The notes under the pieces: generated by a model
What the model saw: only the letters and a program-made list of their open reading frames with translations
What the model was told of the DNA's origin: nothing
The model's database searches: none
Position numbers and translations under genes: made by a program
Shown: positions 41,167-51,302 of the stretch, in pieces
How positions within the stretch are numbered: position 1 is the stretch's first letter
How the letters are laid out: every line of letters begins with the position of its first letter
DNA from: Candidatus Fraserbacteria bacterium
GTDB lineage: Bacteria; Bipolaricaulota; Bipolaricaulia; RBG-16-55-9; DRXL01
NCBI GenBank assembly: GCA_947085185.1
Contig: CAMTVK010000002.1
Span: 1 to 64,000 of the forward strand
Reading direction: 5' to 3'
Length of the DNA stretch: 64,000 nucleotides

Positions 41167-42168
41167 TTAAGCCATATTCGCGACGATCGCTTGAGCGAAC
41201 TCTTGTGTCCCTGCGGTGCCCCCAAGATCGTAGGTGCGCACCTTGCCCTCTTGCAAGACTTTATAGAGAGCGTGCTCGATGCGGCCTGCGGCTTTCGTCT
41301 CTTTGAGATGTCTCAGCATCAAGACGGCCGAGAGCAAGAGCGCTGTCGGATTGACTTTATTGAGCCCGGCGTATTTGGGGGCTGAGCCGTGCACGGCTTC
41401 AAAGACCGCGCAGTCGCGCCCGAAATTCGCCCCTGGGGCAACACCCAGCCCGCCCATCATCCCCGCGGCCAAGTCTGAGATAATATCCCCATAGAGATTG
41501 GGCAGGACGAGCACGTCAAAATTCTTCCAGCGCGTCACCAGTTGCATGCACATATTGTCGACGATATAGTCGTTGAATTCGAGATCGGGATACTGCTGCG
41601 CGACTTCGCGGGCGGTCTGTAAAAAGAGCCCGTCGCTGAGTTTCATAATATTGGCTTTATGGACGGCCGTTACTTTCTTGCGCCCGTTGGCGCGCGCCCA
41701 CTCAAACGCAAACTCTACAATTCTTCGGCTCCCCGGACGACTGATGATCTTGAGCGAAACAGCCACATCGGGGGTATTATAATATTCGACTTGGGCGTAG
41801 AGATCTTCGGTGTTCTCGCGAAAGATCACGATATTTAAGCCTTGAAATGGCGTGGGCACACCGGGCAGGGCCCACACGGGCCTCATGCACGCGAACAGAT
41901 CGAGCTTCTTCCGTAAAGTCACGTTGGCGCTGACCGAGCCCTTGCCGATGGGGGTGGTCATGGGGCCTTTGAGCGCGACTTTATACTGTTTGATGAGCTC
42001 GATGGTCCTGTCGGGCACGATGGGCTCGCCCCGTTGGAGAGGCTTTTCTCCGGCTTCGGCCTCGATCCATTCGATCTTGGCGCCGCTGCTGTCTAAGACT
42101 TTTAAGACCGCTTCGCACAGTTCTGGGCCGGTCCCGTCCCCGCGAATCAACACGACTGTATGACTCAT
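41167..42168 (-). CDS. icd: Isocitrate/isopropylmalate dehydrogenase family, IDH-like catalytic core
   Basis: GDG.GPE, KGP.TTP.G.G..SANVTLRK, RENTEDLY, HKANIMK, NLYGDI.SD, FEAVHGSAP. Confidence 0.82.
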   Translation of the reverse strand: MSHTVVLIRGDGTGPELCEAVLKVLDSSGAKIEWIEAEAGEKPLQRGEPIVPDRTIELIKQYKVALKGPMTTPIGKGSVSANVTLRKKLDLFACMRPVWALPGVPTPFQGLNIVIFRENTEDLYAQVEYYNTPDVAVSLKIISRPGSRRIVEFAFEWARANGRKKVTAVHKANIMKLSDGLFLQTAREVAQQYPDLEFNDYIVDNMCMQLVTRWKNFDVLVLPNLYGDIISDLAAGMMGGLGVAPGANFGRDCAVFEAVHGSAPKYAGLNKVNPTALLLSAVLMLRHLKETKAAGRIEHALYKVLQEGKVRTYDLGGTAGTQEFAQAIVANMA

Positions 42169-42197
42169 TATACTTCATCCTCCCGAAGTTACTCATT

Positions 42198-42494
42198 CTA
42201 ATACGGCTCACTGTACGCATTGACCCCATGGATCTCAAAGAGCTTCTGCGCTTGCGTCCAGACGTGCTTTTGGCCAAGTGCCTCCAAGAGCGCCTGCACG
42301 TCGGCGTGCGAAACCTCCCGGTCCGCTCGATACCGACAACACCACCAATCGCTGAACTCCGCGCAAGGAGCGACCGGCCGAATGACCCTCGTCCCACGAT
42401 TGGCAACGAAGGCCAACGCAAACGGCCCAATCTGCTTGGGCACATCGGGAACTTCTTTGGACCACAGATAGACATCGGCTCCAACAAGCTTCAT
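42198..42494 (-). CDS. Stand-alone homolog of the C-terminal domain of Thermus-type isocitrate dehydrogenase
   Basis: VGADVY, PFAL.FVANRGTRV, DWWCCRY, WTQAQKL.E..G. RBS AAGGAG. Co-oriented with icd. Confidence 0.7.
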   Translation of the reverse strand: MKLVGADVYLWSKEVPDVPKQIGPFALAFVANRGTRVIRPVAPCAEFSDWWCCRYRADREVSHADVQALLEALGQKHVWTQAQKLFEIHGVNAYSEPY

Positions 42495-42607
42495 ACCCAC
42501 GCTCCTTTGGGGAAAATTTCGCGCTGATGCTTGAGTATACCAAGAAATTCATGCTCAGCCAAACGAGCGCTTTGTCTTCGTGAGCCCGTTCGTCTACAAT
42601 ATCTTTT

Positions 42608-43903
42608 ATGGACAAAGTCTTTCGCGATCCCGTGCATAATCTGATGGGCTTCGATAAGGAGCGCGACGCGCTCGTCTTAGAGCTCATTGATACCCCCCAA
42701 CTGCAGCGCCTGCGCCATATCCGTCAGCTTGGGGTGAGCGCGCTCGTCTACCCTGGTGCCACTCACACGCGCTTCTCTCATGCTTTGGGCACAGCATTCT
42801 TGATGAAACGGGTCTTGGAGCACTTTCAGGACTTAAATCCTCCACCCGCCCTCAGCTGCATCCTCGAAGAGCACCGAGAGCTCTTGCTCGCGGCAGCCCT
42901 CCTGCACGATCTGGGTCATCTTCCGTTCTCACACTTACTCGAAGAGTTCACGCACATTCCTCATGAAGAGTGGACCGTGCGCATCGTCAGCGACCCCCAG
43001 AGCGCCGTTCACGCTGTCTTAGCAAGAGCTCATCCCCACTACCCCAAACAGATCGTCCAGCTCTTCCAGAGGACATTCCAGCCGGCGTTCGCGGTGAAGC
43101 TCCTCTCAAGCCAGCTCGACGTCGATCGCATGGAGTATCTCCTACGCGACAGCCTCTACACAGGGGTCACCTACGGCTACTTCGACATGAACTGGCTCAT
43201 CCACAGCTTACGGTTGGTCAAGCAGCACAACGATTGGGAGCTCGCTCTTGATCTGCGCAAGGGGCTCCACGCCGCCGAAGGCTACGTGCTCGCACGCTAT
43301 TATATGTACCAGCAAGTCTATCATCATAAGACAGCCCGCGCCGCCGATGTCATGGTGCGCAAGATCCTTCAGAGGGCTTCAGAGCTCTTAGAGAGCGGGC
43401 ACGATCTTGCTGCCCCCACCCCATTGCGAAGACTGCTCACAGACCCACGCGCCCTCACCCTCGAAGATCACGTGCACTTGGACGATACGATGGTGCTCTG
43501 GGCCCTCCAAGCGTGGCAGGAGAGCGATGATCCCATCCTTGCGGATCTCACTCGTCGGTTTTGGCAGCGACGGCTCTTCAAGACGTTAGATATGCCCCTC
43601 GAAGAGTTCACTGCCTGGTCGGCAGAGCTGCGCGAACTGGTCGCCCGCGCTGGCCTTGATCCAGAATATTATCTCATCTTAGATCGAGTCAGCGACGACC
43701 CATACACCGATCGCTATCTCTGGTCCAGCAGGGAAGTCGGCGAGCACATCTTCCTCGTCAACGATGCCCACGAACTTATAGAGCTCTCCCAAGCTTCAGA
43801 TGTTATCGGTGCGTTGCGCAACAAGACATTCAGCCAAGACCGGCTCTGCTTCCCCGAAGAGCTGCGCGACCCCATCCAACAGCTCTTAGAACGCTCGCGT
43901 TAG
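42608..43903 (+). CDS. HD-domain phosphohydrolase (SAMHD1/dNTPase-like)
   Basis: RDPVH, QRLR.I.QLG, HTRFSHALG, LLHDLGH.PFSH, LDVDRM.YL.RD, MY.QVY.H. Confidence 0.92.
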   Translation: MDKVFRDPVHNLMGFDKERDALVLELIDTPQLQRLRHIRQLGVSALVYPGATHTRFSHALGTAFLMKRVLEHFQDLNPPPALSCILEEHRELLLAAALLHDLGHLPFSHLLEEFTHIPHEEWTVRIVSDPQSAVHAVLARAHPHYPKQIVQLFQRTFQPAFAVKLLSSQLDVDRMEYLLRDSLYTGVTYGYFDMNWLIHSLRLVKQHNDWELALDLRKGLHAAEGYVLARYYMYQQVYHHKTARAADVMVRKILQRASELLESGHDLAAPTPLRRLLTDPRALTLEDHVHLDDTMVLWALQAWQESDDPILADLTRRFWQRRLFKTLDMPLEEFTAWSAELRELVARAGLDPEYYLILDRVSDDPYTDRYLWSSREVGEHIFLVNDAHELIELSQASDVIGALRNKTFSQDRLCFPEELRDPIQQLLERSR

Positions 43904-44316
43904 CGCCCACTCAAAAATCTCTCGGCTTTGTCTAATAATTCTTGAGCGTTCTCGTAGCTGAGCCGCTGGCGCGTCCGCTCATAAGACGTCCACAGATAAT
44001 CGAGATGCTCCCCAGAGAGCTTCACCTCAGACGAGCGCGCCCGCCCCAACAAATAGACGACTTCTTTATGAAACCCCTTCGAGCCCCGAGTAAAGTCGTA
44101 CCGGATCACTTCGCGAAACCCCGGCAGGATTTCTACAGTGATCCCGGCTTCTTCTTGGAGTTCGCGCAGGGCTGCCCTGGTTTCGTCTTCGCCGGGCTCG
44201 ACACGCCCTTTGGGGAACCCCCAGTGCCCACCACTGGCACTGCGCAACAGCAAATACTCACGACCGGCAGGACCGTCACGAAAGACGATCACGCCGGCCG
44301 AACGCTCCGTGTGCAT
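43900..44316 (-). CDS. NUDIX hydrolase (Ap4A hydrolase-like)
   Basis: SAG, HWGFPKG.VEPGE....AALRELQEEAG, LS.EH. Confidence 0.9.
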   Translation of the reverse strand: MHTERSAGVIVFRDGPAGREYLLLRSASGGHWGFPKGRVEPGEDETRAALRELQEEAGITVEILPGFREVIRYDFTRGSKGFHKEVVYLLGRARSSEVKLSGEHLDYLWTSYERTRQRLSYENAQELLDKAERFLSGR

Positions 44317-44317
44317 A

Positions 44318-47300
44318 TTACCCTAAATCCAATTCGTGATCTTTGTCGTCGTACGCCCGGATGCTTAACCCTAGGCTCTGCAATTCTTTCACCAAGACTT
44401 TAAACGACTCCGGCAACCCCGGCTTGGGGAACTCTTCCCCCTTGAAGATCGCTTTATAGAGCTGGACACGGCCGCGCGTATCGTCGCTCTTGAGGGTGAG
44501 CATCTCTTGGAGCGTCGCGGCGGCTCCGTAGGCTTCTAAAGCCCACACCTCCATCTCGCCGAGACGCTGACCACCCAATTGGGCTTTGCCCCCCAGAGGC
44601 TGCTGCGTGATGAGACTGTACGGCCCAACCGAGCGCGCATGGATCTTCTCGTTGGCGATATGCTCGAGCTTGAGCATATACATATAGCCCACCGTGACGG
44701 GATGCTCGAACGGCTCCCCAGTGCGCCCATCACGGAGGATCACCTTGCCCGTGGGGTAATTGGGGTCATCGCCGTCGGCAAGGCCGTGCTCCTTCCGCAC
44801 TTTATAGAGTTCATCCAGAATCTGGTCTTCTTTGGCACCATCGAAGACCGGCGAGGCCATATACTCACCCTTCAGATGGGCCACCCAGCCCAAGTGCGCC
44901 TCGAAGACCTGCCCAAGGTTCATGCGCGACGGCACCCCCAACGGGTTGAGGATCATATCCACAGGGGTCCCATCCGGCAAAAATGGCATATCTTCGACCG
45001 GGAGAATCTTCGCGATCACGCCCTTGTTGCCGTGCCGCCCTGCGAGCTTGTCCGCGACAGAGATCTTCTTGCGCTGCGCTATGTAGACTTTCACTAATTG
45101 GTTGACGCCGGGTTCGAGCTCATCCCCCTTGTCCCGCGAGAATTTTTTCACGCGGATCACTTTGCCGCCCTCGGTTGTGGGAGGCAAGCGCAACGACGTG
45201 TTGCGCACGTTGCGCGAACGCTCCCCAAAAATAGACTTAAAGATACGCTCTTCAGGGGTAGGTTCGGTCTCGCCGCGCGGCGTGATCTTACCCACTAAGA
45301 TATCCCCGGTCTTCACCTCCGTCCCGACGCGAACTACCCCGTCCTCATCGAGATTTCTTAGTTCTTCTTTGCTCAGATCGGGAATGTCATCGGTGATCTC
45401 TTCAGGGCCGAGCTTAGTCTCTTCAGCTCGGACTTCATACTCTTGAATATGAATCGAATCCAGCACGTCTTCCCTGACGAGCCGTTCACTGATGACGATG
45501 GCGTCCTCGTAGTTATAGCCCTCGAAGGGCAAGAAACAGATAGAGACGTTGGCTCCCAAGGCCAGTTCGCCGTGATCGGTCGCCGGGCCGTCGGCGAGCA
45601 CCTCGCCCTTTTGGACCTTTTGGCCGACCCGGACAAGAGGCCGCTGGTGCACGAGCGTATCTTGATTGGAGCGATCAAACGTGATCAACTGATAGACGTG
45701 CTCTTTGCGCCCGGACTTGATGACGATCTTCTGCGCGTCCACATAAGAGACCACGCCGTCTTCTTCAGCAATGACCAGCATCCCGGAGTCACGGGCGACC
45801 TTGGCCTCCATGCCCGTTCCCACGTAGGGAGCTTGGGACTTGAGCAACGGGACGGCTTGGCGTTGCATGTTCGCGCCCATGAGCGCACGGTTGGAGTCAT
45901 CGTGCTCTAAGAAGGGGATGAGCGACGCAGAGACGCTGACGAGCGCCGCCGGGGAGACCTCCATACAGTCTACTTCTTCGCGCGGCACTACACGAATATT
46001 CTCGCGACCCGTGCGGATCTCGACCTCCTTGGGGATGATCCTCCCGTCTTTGTCCAAGGGGACAGTCGCCGGCGCGATCTTGTACTGCTCTTCCTCGTCG
46101 GCCATGAGATACTTGATCTCGTTTGTGACTTTCCCGTTCTTGACCACGCGATAGGGGGCTTCTAAAAAGCCGTACTCGTTGATGCGCGCGTAGGTCGCCA
46201 TGCTTGTGATCAACCCGATATTTTGGCCTTCAGGGGTTTCGATGGGACAGATACGATCGTAGTGCGACGGATGGACGTCGCGCACCTCGATCTTGGCACG
46301 ACGCTTGCTCATGCTGCCCCCCAAAGCCGAGAGCCGGCGCTTATGGGTCAGCTCCGTGAGGGGATTGGTCTGCTCCAAAAATTGCGAGAGCCGCCCCACA
46401 TAAAAGAGCTTATTGAGCGCCCCTTGGACAATCCGCCCGCTGATGAGATTTCTCAAGGGTTCTTCTTGCTCTAACGTGTACTTGCTGAGGCGGTCTTGCG
46501 TCAGATGCGCCATGCGCTTGAGCCCCTCGCGCAACCTGTTGAACGCGGTCTCGCCCGGCGTCTCAACACGCTTGTTCGCCAGATGGTCCTTGTCGTCAAC
46601 GAGCAAGGGATTCGTGGGAACTTCTAGCAAGCGCTTCAGGGTGAGAGCGATCTCTTCTTTGTGCAGGATCGTATCGTGTTCGGGACGGCTCACCCCTAAT
46701 TTCTTGTTGAGCATAAACCGTCCGACCCTGGAGAGACTGAACGTCTCCGGGTTAAAGAACAGATTGACGAAAAAGTCTTGTTTCGCTTTGGGGGTAGGCC
46801 GTTCCGTGCCGCGCAACTTCCGATAGATCAGCTCCAGGGCGGCCTCCGCGGAGGTCGTCTTGTCCTCATCGAGACTCTTCTGAATATAGCGATCCAAACA
46901 GTGAATGCGCGCTGGCTTCAACTTGACAATCTGCTCAATGAGATCGGCAGTGAGGCGTTCGCCTTCCCGCACGATCACCTTGCCGTTGCCGATGGGCTCG
47001 GTGATCACGCAGTCGAGAAACCGCGACAGCTTCTCCGTAGTGATGGGGTTGAGCACTACAGAATAGAGCTTATAGATATCGGCCGTCGTATAGCCCAAGG
47101 CGCGCAAGAGCACCGTCGGGGGGATATTGCCCTTGCGGTCCAGCTGCGTCGTGATGCGCTCTTTCTTCACATCGAGCACGAATTCTAACCATGCCCCATA
47201 ATCGGGGAGGATCTGAGCACGATATTCTGTGGGCCCCTCTTTCGTAAAATAGACCCCGGGCGAGCGTGTCAGATGGTTGACCAGCGCGTTCTCGGAGCCG

Positions 47301-47653
47301 TTGATAATAAACGTCCCGCGCGCAGTCATGAGAGGGATATCTGCTATATAGAGATCGTCTTCTTTGATCTTCTTGCCGTTCTGTTTGAGAATTCCCTTGA
47401 CGCGCAGCGTCGCGGCATAGGTCAAATTCTTATCCTTGCAGTCTTGCTCTCTATAGGGGGGAGGCGCCAGCCGTGGGTCTCGTAACTCGAGTTCCAGTCC
47501 CTCACGCCCCTCGCCCTTGATCGGGCTGATCTCGCGAATGAGCGCGGGAATCCCCTCGGTCAAAAACCACTCATACGAGCGCTTCTGGTCCTGCAACAAA
47601 TAGGGGAGGTCCATCACATGTCCGACACGCCCCCATGAGCGTCTTGTGCGCAT
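44318..47653 (-). CDS. rpoB: DNA-directed RNA polymerase subunit beta
   Basis: CPIETPEG, HDDSNRALMGANMQRQAVP, GRHGNKG, GGQRLGEMEVWALEAYGAA. Confidence 0.98.
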   Translation of the reverse strand: MRTRRSWGRVGHVMDLPYLLQDQKRSYEWFLTEGIPALIREISPIKGEGREGLELELRDPRLAPPPYREQDCKDKNLTYAATLRVKGILKQNGKKIKEDDLYIADIPLMTARGTFIINGSENALVNHLTRSPGVYFTKEGPTEYRAQILPDYGAWLEFVLDVKKERITTQLDRKGNIPPTVLLRALGYTTADIYKLYSVVLNPITTEKLSRFLDCVITEPIGNGKVIVREGERLTADLIEQIVKLKPARIHCLDRYIQKSLDEDKTTSAEAALELIYRKLRGTERPTPKAKQDFFVNLFFNPETFSLSRVGRFMLNKKLGVSRPEHDTILHKEEIALTLKRLLEVPTNPLLVDDKDHLANKRVETPGETAFNRLREGLKRMAHLTQDRLSKYTLEQEEPLRNLISGRIVQGALNKLFYVGRLSQFLEQTNPLTELTHKRRLSALGGSMSKRRAKIEVRDVHPSHYDRICPIETPEGQNIGLITSMATYARINEYGFLEAPYRVVKNGKVTNEIKYLMADEEEQYKIAPATVPLDKDGRIIPKEVEIRTGRENIRVVPREEVDCMEVSPAALVSVSASLIPFLEHDDSNRALMGANMQRQAVPLLKSQAPYVGTGMEAKVARDSGMLVIAEEDGVVSYVDAQKIVIKSGRKEHVYQLITFDRSNQDTLVHQRPLVRVGQKVQKGEVLADGPATDHGELALGANVSICFLPFEGYNYEDAIVISERLVREDVLDSIHIQEYEVRAEETKLGPEEITDDIPDLSKEELRNLDEDGVVRVGTEVKTGDILVGKITPRGETEPTPEERIFKSIFGERSRNVRNTSLRLPPTTEGGKVIRVKKFSRDKGDELEPGVNQLVKVYIAQRKKISVADKLAGRHGNKGVIAKILPVEDMPFLPDGTPVDMILNPLGVPSRMNLGQVFEAHLGWVAHLKGEYMASPVFDGAKEDQILDELYKVRKEHGLADGDDPNYPTGKVILRDGRTGEPFEHPVTVGYMYMLKLEHIANEKIHARSVGPYSLITQQPLGGKAQLGGQRLGEMEVWALEAYGAAATLQEMLTLKSDDTRGRVQLYKAIFKGEEFPKPGLPESFKVLVKELQSLGLSIRAYDDKDHELDLG

Positions 47654-47755
47654 AGTCCTCCTTCTGTGCGGGCGGATGGGAAGACAACAGGGGCCGGGGC
47701 GCTCGCGCGCCCCCGCCCATCTCTATCTTCGAAGGTACAGCACAAGCTTCACAGA

Positions 47756-48151
47756 TTATTGGATCTCAACCTCAGCACCCACAGCAACAAGCTGCTCTTT
47801 GATCTTGTTCGCCTCTTCTTCGCTGACCCCATCCTTGATGACCGCAGGGACGTTGTCCACCAAGTCCTTGCTCTCTTTGAGCCCCTTACCCGTGATGTCC
47901 TTGACGACTTTGATGAGCTGCACCTTCTGCTGGCCGGCGTTCTTGAGCACGACCTTGAACGCGGTCTTCTCAGCAGTCGCAGCCGCTCCACCAGCCCCAG
48001 CTGGTGCACCGGGCATGGGGGCCATCATCATGGGCACCCCTGCAGAGGCCTTGACGCCGAACTTCTCTTCCAGCGCCTTGACCAACTCCGACAACTCCTT
48101 GACGGTCATCTGCTCGACCGTCGCCACCATCTCTTCGATATTGACAGCCAT
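47756..48151 (-). CDS. rplL: 50S ribosomal protein L7/L12
   Basis: [18 protein letters not shown]. Confidence 0.97.
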   Translation of the reverse strand: MAVNIEEMVATVEQMTVKELSELVKALEEKFGVKASAGVPMMMAPMPGAPAGAGGAAATAEKTAFKVVLKNAGQQKVQLIKVVKDITGKGLKESKDLVDNVPAVIKDGVSEEEANKIKEQLVAVGAEVEIQ

Positions 48152-48180
48152 GGGAAATCCCTCCTGAGGAATTTCTAAGT

Positions 48181-48720
48181 TTAAGACGCGTGGGGCGGAG
48201 GATCGCCCTCGCGCTTCTTACGCACTTCATCCAGAGCACTCACAAAGGTGCGCACTATGGCGTTCAACGTGCTGACCAACTGCTGCATCGGGGCTTGCAA
48301 CGTGGTGACCAGCATGGCCAAGAGCTCCTGACGGCTGGGCAGGTTCGCCAAGTGCTCGGCTTCTTTGGCGCTGACGACCACGCCTTCCAGCACCCCGCCC
48401 TTGATCTTATAGTGCTCGAATCTCTTCGTCAGGGCATGAGAGACCTTGAAAGCCAACGCCGGATCGTCATAGCTGATACACAGCCCCGTCGGCCCACGGA
48501 AGTACGAATCGGTATCTTTGATGCCGACGCGCTCTGCCGCCAGCCGCGCTACGCTGTTCTTCACCACGCGATACTCAAGACCATGCTTGCGAAACTCGCG
48601 GCGTAGCTCGACCATATCGGAGGCCTTGAGCCCGTGAAAATCCGAAAAGACCAAGGCCTTCGAGCTCTTCAACCGTTCTTCCAGCCACGCGACCGCTTGC
48701 TCTTTCTCTGCCGTTGCCAT
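48181..48720 (-). CDS. rplJ: 50S ribosomal protein L10
   Basis: VVKN, GPT, LA.LPSR.ELL and operon position. Confidence 0.95.
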   Translation of the reverse strand: MATAEKEQAVAWLEERLKSSKALVFSDFHGLKASDMVELRREFRKHGLEYRVVKNSVARLAAERVGIKDTDSYFRGPTGLCISYDDPALAFKVSHALTKRFEHYKIKGGVLEGVVVSAKEAEHLANLPSRQELLAMLVTTLQAPMQQLVSTLNAIVRTFVSALDEVRKKREGDPPPHAS

Positions 48721-48736
48721 AACACACCCTCCACGA

Positions 48737-49450
48737 TTAGAGTCGCTTGGCGGCGACTAGCTTCTGCAGGTCGTCCGGGTCTACTTTGATCCCCGGACCG
48801 ATCGTCGAGCTGATGGTGAGAGATTTGAGAAACCGCCCTTTGATGTCAGCGGGCTTCTCCTCAAGAATCGCGGCCGCCAACGCGACAAGATTCTCCTTCA
48901 GCTGCTCAACAGGGAACGAGCACCGCCCGAAGGTCGAGTGTACATTGCCGTACTCGTCCAGGCGAAACTCGAGCTTCCCGCGCTTGAGCTCTTTCACAGC
49001 TGTTCCGATATCAGCCGTTACCGTGCCGGACTTGGGGCTGGGCATCAACCCCCGGGGGCCTAAGATCTTCCCGAGCTTGCTGACGACGCCCATCATATCA
49101 GGAGTAGCCACCACACGATCGAACTCCATCCAGCCCCCTTCGATCTTCTTGACCAAGTCTTCACCGCCGGCGAAGTCGGCCCCGGCCTCTTGCGCCTCTT
49201 TGAGTTTCTCGCCCTTGGCAAACGCCAGCACCGTGACGGGCTTGCCCGTCCCATGCGGCAAGGTCACCGTGCCGCGAATGCGGTGCTCGTTCCTCTTGGG
49301 GTCCACGGCCAACCGAAAGGCCGCATCAGCAGATTCGTCGAATTTCGCAGTCGCGCACTCTTTGAGCAATTTCACGGCTTCTTCTACCGTGTACAACTTC
49401 GTCCGATCGACTTTCTCCCTGACGGCCAGATAGCGTTTACTGCGCTCCAT
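48737..49450 (-). CDS. rplA: 50S ribosomal protein L1
   Basis: LPHGTGK, LGPRGLMPSPK.GTV. Confidence 0.97.
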   Translation of the reverse strand: MERSKRYLAVREKVDRTKLYTVEEAVKLLKECATAKFDESADAAFRLAVDPKRNEHRIRGTVTLPHGTGKPVTVLAFAKGEKLKEAQEAGADFAGGEDLVKKIEGGWMEFDRVVATPDMMGVVSKLGKILGPRGLMPSPKSGTVTADIGTAVKELKRGKLEFRLDEYGNVHSTFGRCSFPVEQLKENLVALAAAILEEKPADIKGRFLKSLTISSTIGPGIKVDPDDLQKLVAAKRL

Positions 49451-49452
49451 AG

Positions 49453-49890
49453 TTAACTCTCCACGATCTCAATGCCCATATTGCGCGCCGTCCCCTCAAG
49501 CGTCCTCATCGCGGCTTCGACCGAGTTGGCGTTCATGTCGGGCATCTTCAGCTCCGCGATCCGGCGGAGTTGCTCTCTGGTAATCTTGCCCACTTTGACA
49601 ATGTTGGGCTGCCCTGATCCTGAGGGCACACCGGCAGCCCGCTTGAGCAGCTCACTCGCTGGGGGTTTTTTGAGCACGAAATCGAACGATCTGTCAGCGT
49701 AGACTGTGATCTGCACCGGAATAATTAAGCCCTTCTCTTCGTTTTTGGTCGCGTCGTTGAATCTCTTGCAGAACTCCGCGATATTGATCTTATGCTCGGC
49801 CAACGCCGGTCCCACCGGGGGCGCAGGGGTCGCTTGCCCCGCGGGCAACTGCAATTTCACCACGGCTACGACTTGCTTCTTTGCGGCCAT
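49453..49890 (-). CDS. rplK: 50S ribosomal protein L11
   Basis: [18 protein letters not shown]. Confidence 0.97.
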   Translation of the reverse strand: MAAKKQVVAVVKLQLPAGQATPAPPVGPALAEHKINIAEFCKRFNDATKNEEKGLIIPVQITVYADRSFDFVLKKPPASELLKRAAGVPSGSGQPNIVKVGKITREQLRRIAELKMPDMNANSVEAAMRTLEGTARNMGIEIVES

Positions 49891-49927
49891 CGCACTTCAC
49901 GCTCCTCACAATCGCGCGCAACCTCAC

Positions 49928-51007
49928 TCAGATCTTTTGGATGCTCTCAAACGGCAGATCCACCCGAGTCTCCCGCCCAAAGATCTTCACCGTCACCGTG
50001 GCGATCTCGCGCTCCTTGTCCAGCTCCACGATCGCCCCGGTGAAGTCCGCAAACGGGCCTTCGATGATCTCGACCACCTCGCCTACTTCAAACTCGACTT
50101 CGATCTTGGGGCCGACGGCCTTGGGCGCCTCTAATAAGCCCGCCTTGCGCTTGACGACCTTCATATCCTCCTCGCTCAACGGCAACGGGGGATTGCCCAC
50201 AAACCGACACTTGATCCCCTCCGGCAACTGCAAGACGTCCTGCCCCATCTCCAGATGGGCAAAGATATATCCCGGAAAGAGCCGACGCTTCTCAATATAC
50301 TGCACCGTCACGACCCGTTTGTCTTTATACTCTTTGATCTTGACCAACCCTGAGGCCCGTGACTCGATCTTGTCTGGTTTTTCGATCAAGTCGCCCTGCT
50401 TGAGCGTGACCCCTTCCTTCAGCCGAACGAGATACTTCTCTGGGACAAGCAGCGTGACCGTCTCGCCTGTGTCGAGCCGTTCCAATTGGACTTTCTTGAT
50501 GCGATCGCGCTGCACCACGGTCGTCTTGACCGCCGGCGTGCGGAAGTTCGGGTCGGAATCGGTCGTGAGAGGCACGCTGGGCGGGATCTTCTCGCCCGTG
50601 CGAATGTCCCGCCGCACCCTCTTCTCCAAGGGAATGAGAAACTCTTCTTCATTGCGATTGCTCATCTCCACGATGACCCGCTGGAGCGTCTCGATCTTCT
50701 TGACTTTCGCATCGAAGCTCATATACTTAGCGGGCTTGACGGCGATGATCTCGCCCTTCTGGATGCGCTTGTTGGGCTCGATCTTCAGCTCATACTCATA
50801 GGGGACGCGATACTCCCCGGTGCGGCCCCGACGCGCCTTGGAAGTGATAACTTCTTCTACGGGGGCCAAGAACCGCACCTCGCTCCCGTTGATCGAAAAC
50901 GCAGTGACCTTGCGCTCCAAGCCCAACTGGCGCACGCGCTCCTCTAAGAGCTCGGCGACTTTGAGCTCACTGCCCGCATACGTTTGGAGAGCATACCATC
51001 GTTTCAT
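49928..51007 (-). CDS. nusG: Transcription factor NusG with large internal insertion
   Basis: WY..T..GSE.KV, LFPGY, KOW GEVVEIIEGPF, IFGRET. 359 aa. Confidence 0.93.
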   Translation of the reverse strand: MKRWYALQTYAGSELKVAELLEERVRQLGLERKVTAFSINGSEVRFLAPVEEVITSKARRGRTGEYRVPYEYELKIEPNKRIQKGEIIAVKPAKYMSFDAKVKKIETLQRVIVEMSNRNEEEFLIPLEKRVRRDIRTGEKIPPSVPLTTDSDPNFRTPAVKTTVVQRDRIKKVQLERLDTGETVTLLVPEKYLVRLKEGVTLKQGDLIEKPDKIESRASGLVKIKEYKDKRVVTVQYIEKRRLFPGYIFAHLEMGQDVLQLPEGIKCRFVGNPPLPLSEEDMKVVKRKAGLLEAPKAVGPKIEVEFEVGEVVEIIEGPFADFTGAIVELDKEREIATVTVKIFGRETRVDLPFESIQKI

Positions 51008-51017
51008 AAGACTCTTA

Positions 51018-51203
51018 TCATCGCAACAAGAACGCTATAACCCTTTGGAAGAAAAAATCCAAAATCCCCACGTAGAGCGCCAGCATGATGACGATGAGGA
51101 GCACCAGCGTCGTCATGCCGATGGTCTCCACGCGGCTAGGCCAGCTGATCCGTTGGAACTCCCCCCGGACCTCCCGGAGGAAATTCATGACTCTTTCACG
51201 CAT
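51018..51203 (-). CDS. secE: Preprotein translocase subunit SecE
   Basis: FLREV..EF.RISWP plus one TM helix. Confidence 0.93.
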   Translation of the reverse strand: MRERVMNFLREVRGEFQRISWPSRVETIGMTTLVLLIVIMLALYVGILDFFFQRVIAFLLR

Positions 51204-51221
51204 GATGTGTAGTCACCTAAG

Positions 51222-51294
51222 CAGGCCCGGGAGGATTTGAACCCCCAACCTGCCGATTTGGAGTCGGCTGCTCTGCCAGTTGAGCTACGGGCCT
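51222..51294 (-). tRNA. tRNA-Trp (CCA)
   Basis: Cloverleaf AGGCCCG...CTCCAAA...GTTCAAATC...CGGGCCTG. The 3' CCA is not encoded. Confidence 0.95.
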
Positions 51295-51302
51295 ATCACT
51301 CT

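Noticed and set aside
47690..47720. GC hairpin between rplL and rpoB
   Set aside because: Could be an attenuator as in other bacteria, but the U-tract is weak. Not enough support to call.
48721..48736. L10 leader regulatory RNA
   Set aside because: Only 16 bp separate rplA and rplJ, so there is no room for it.
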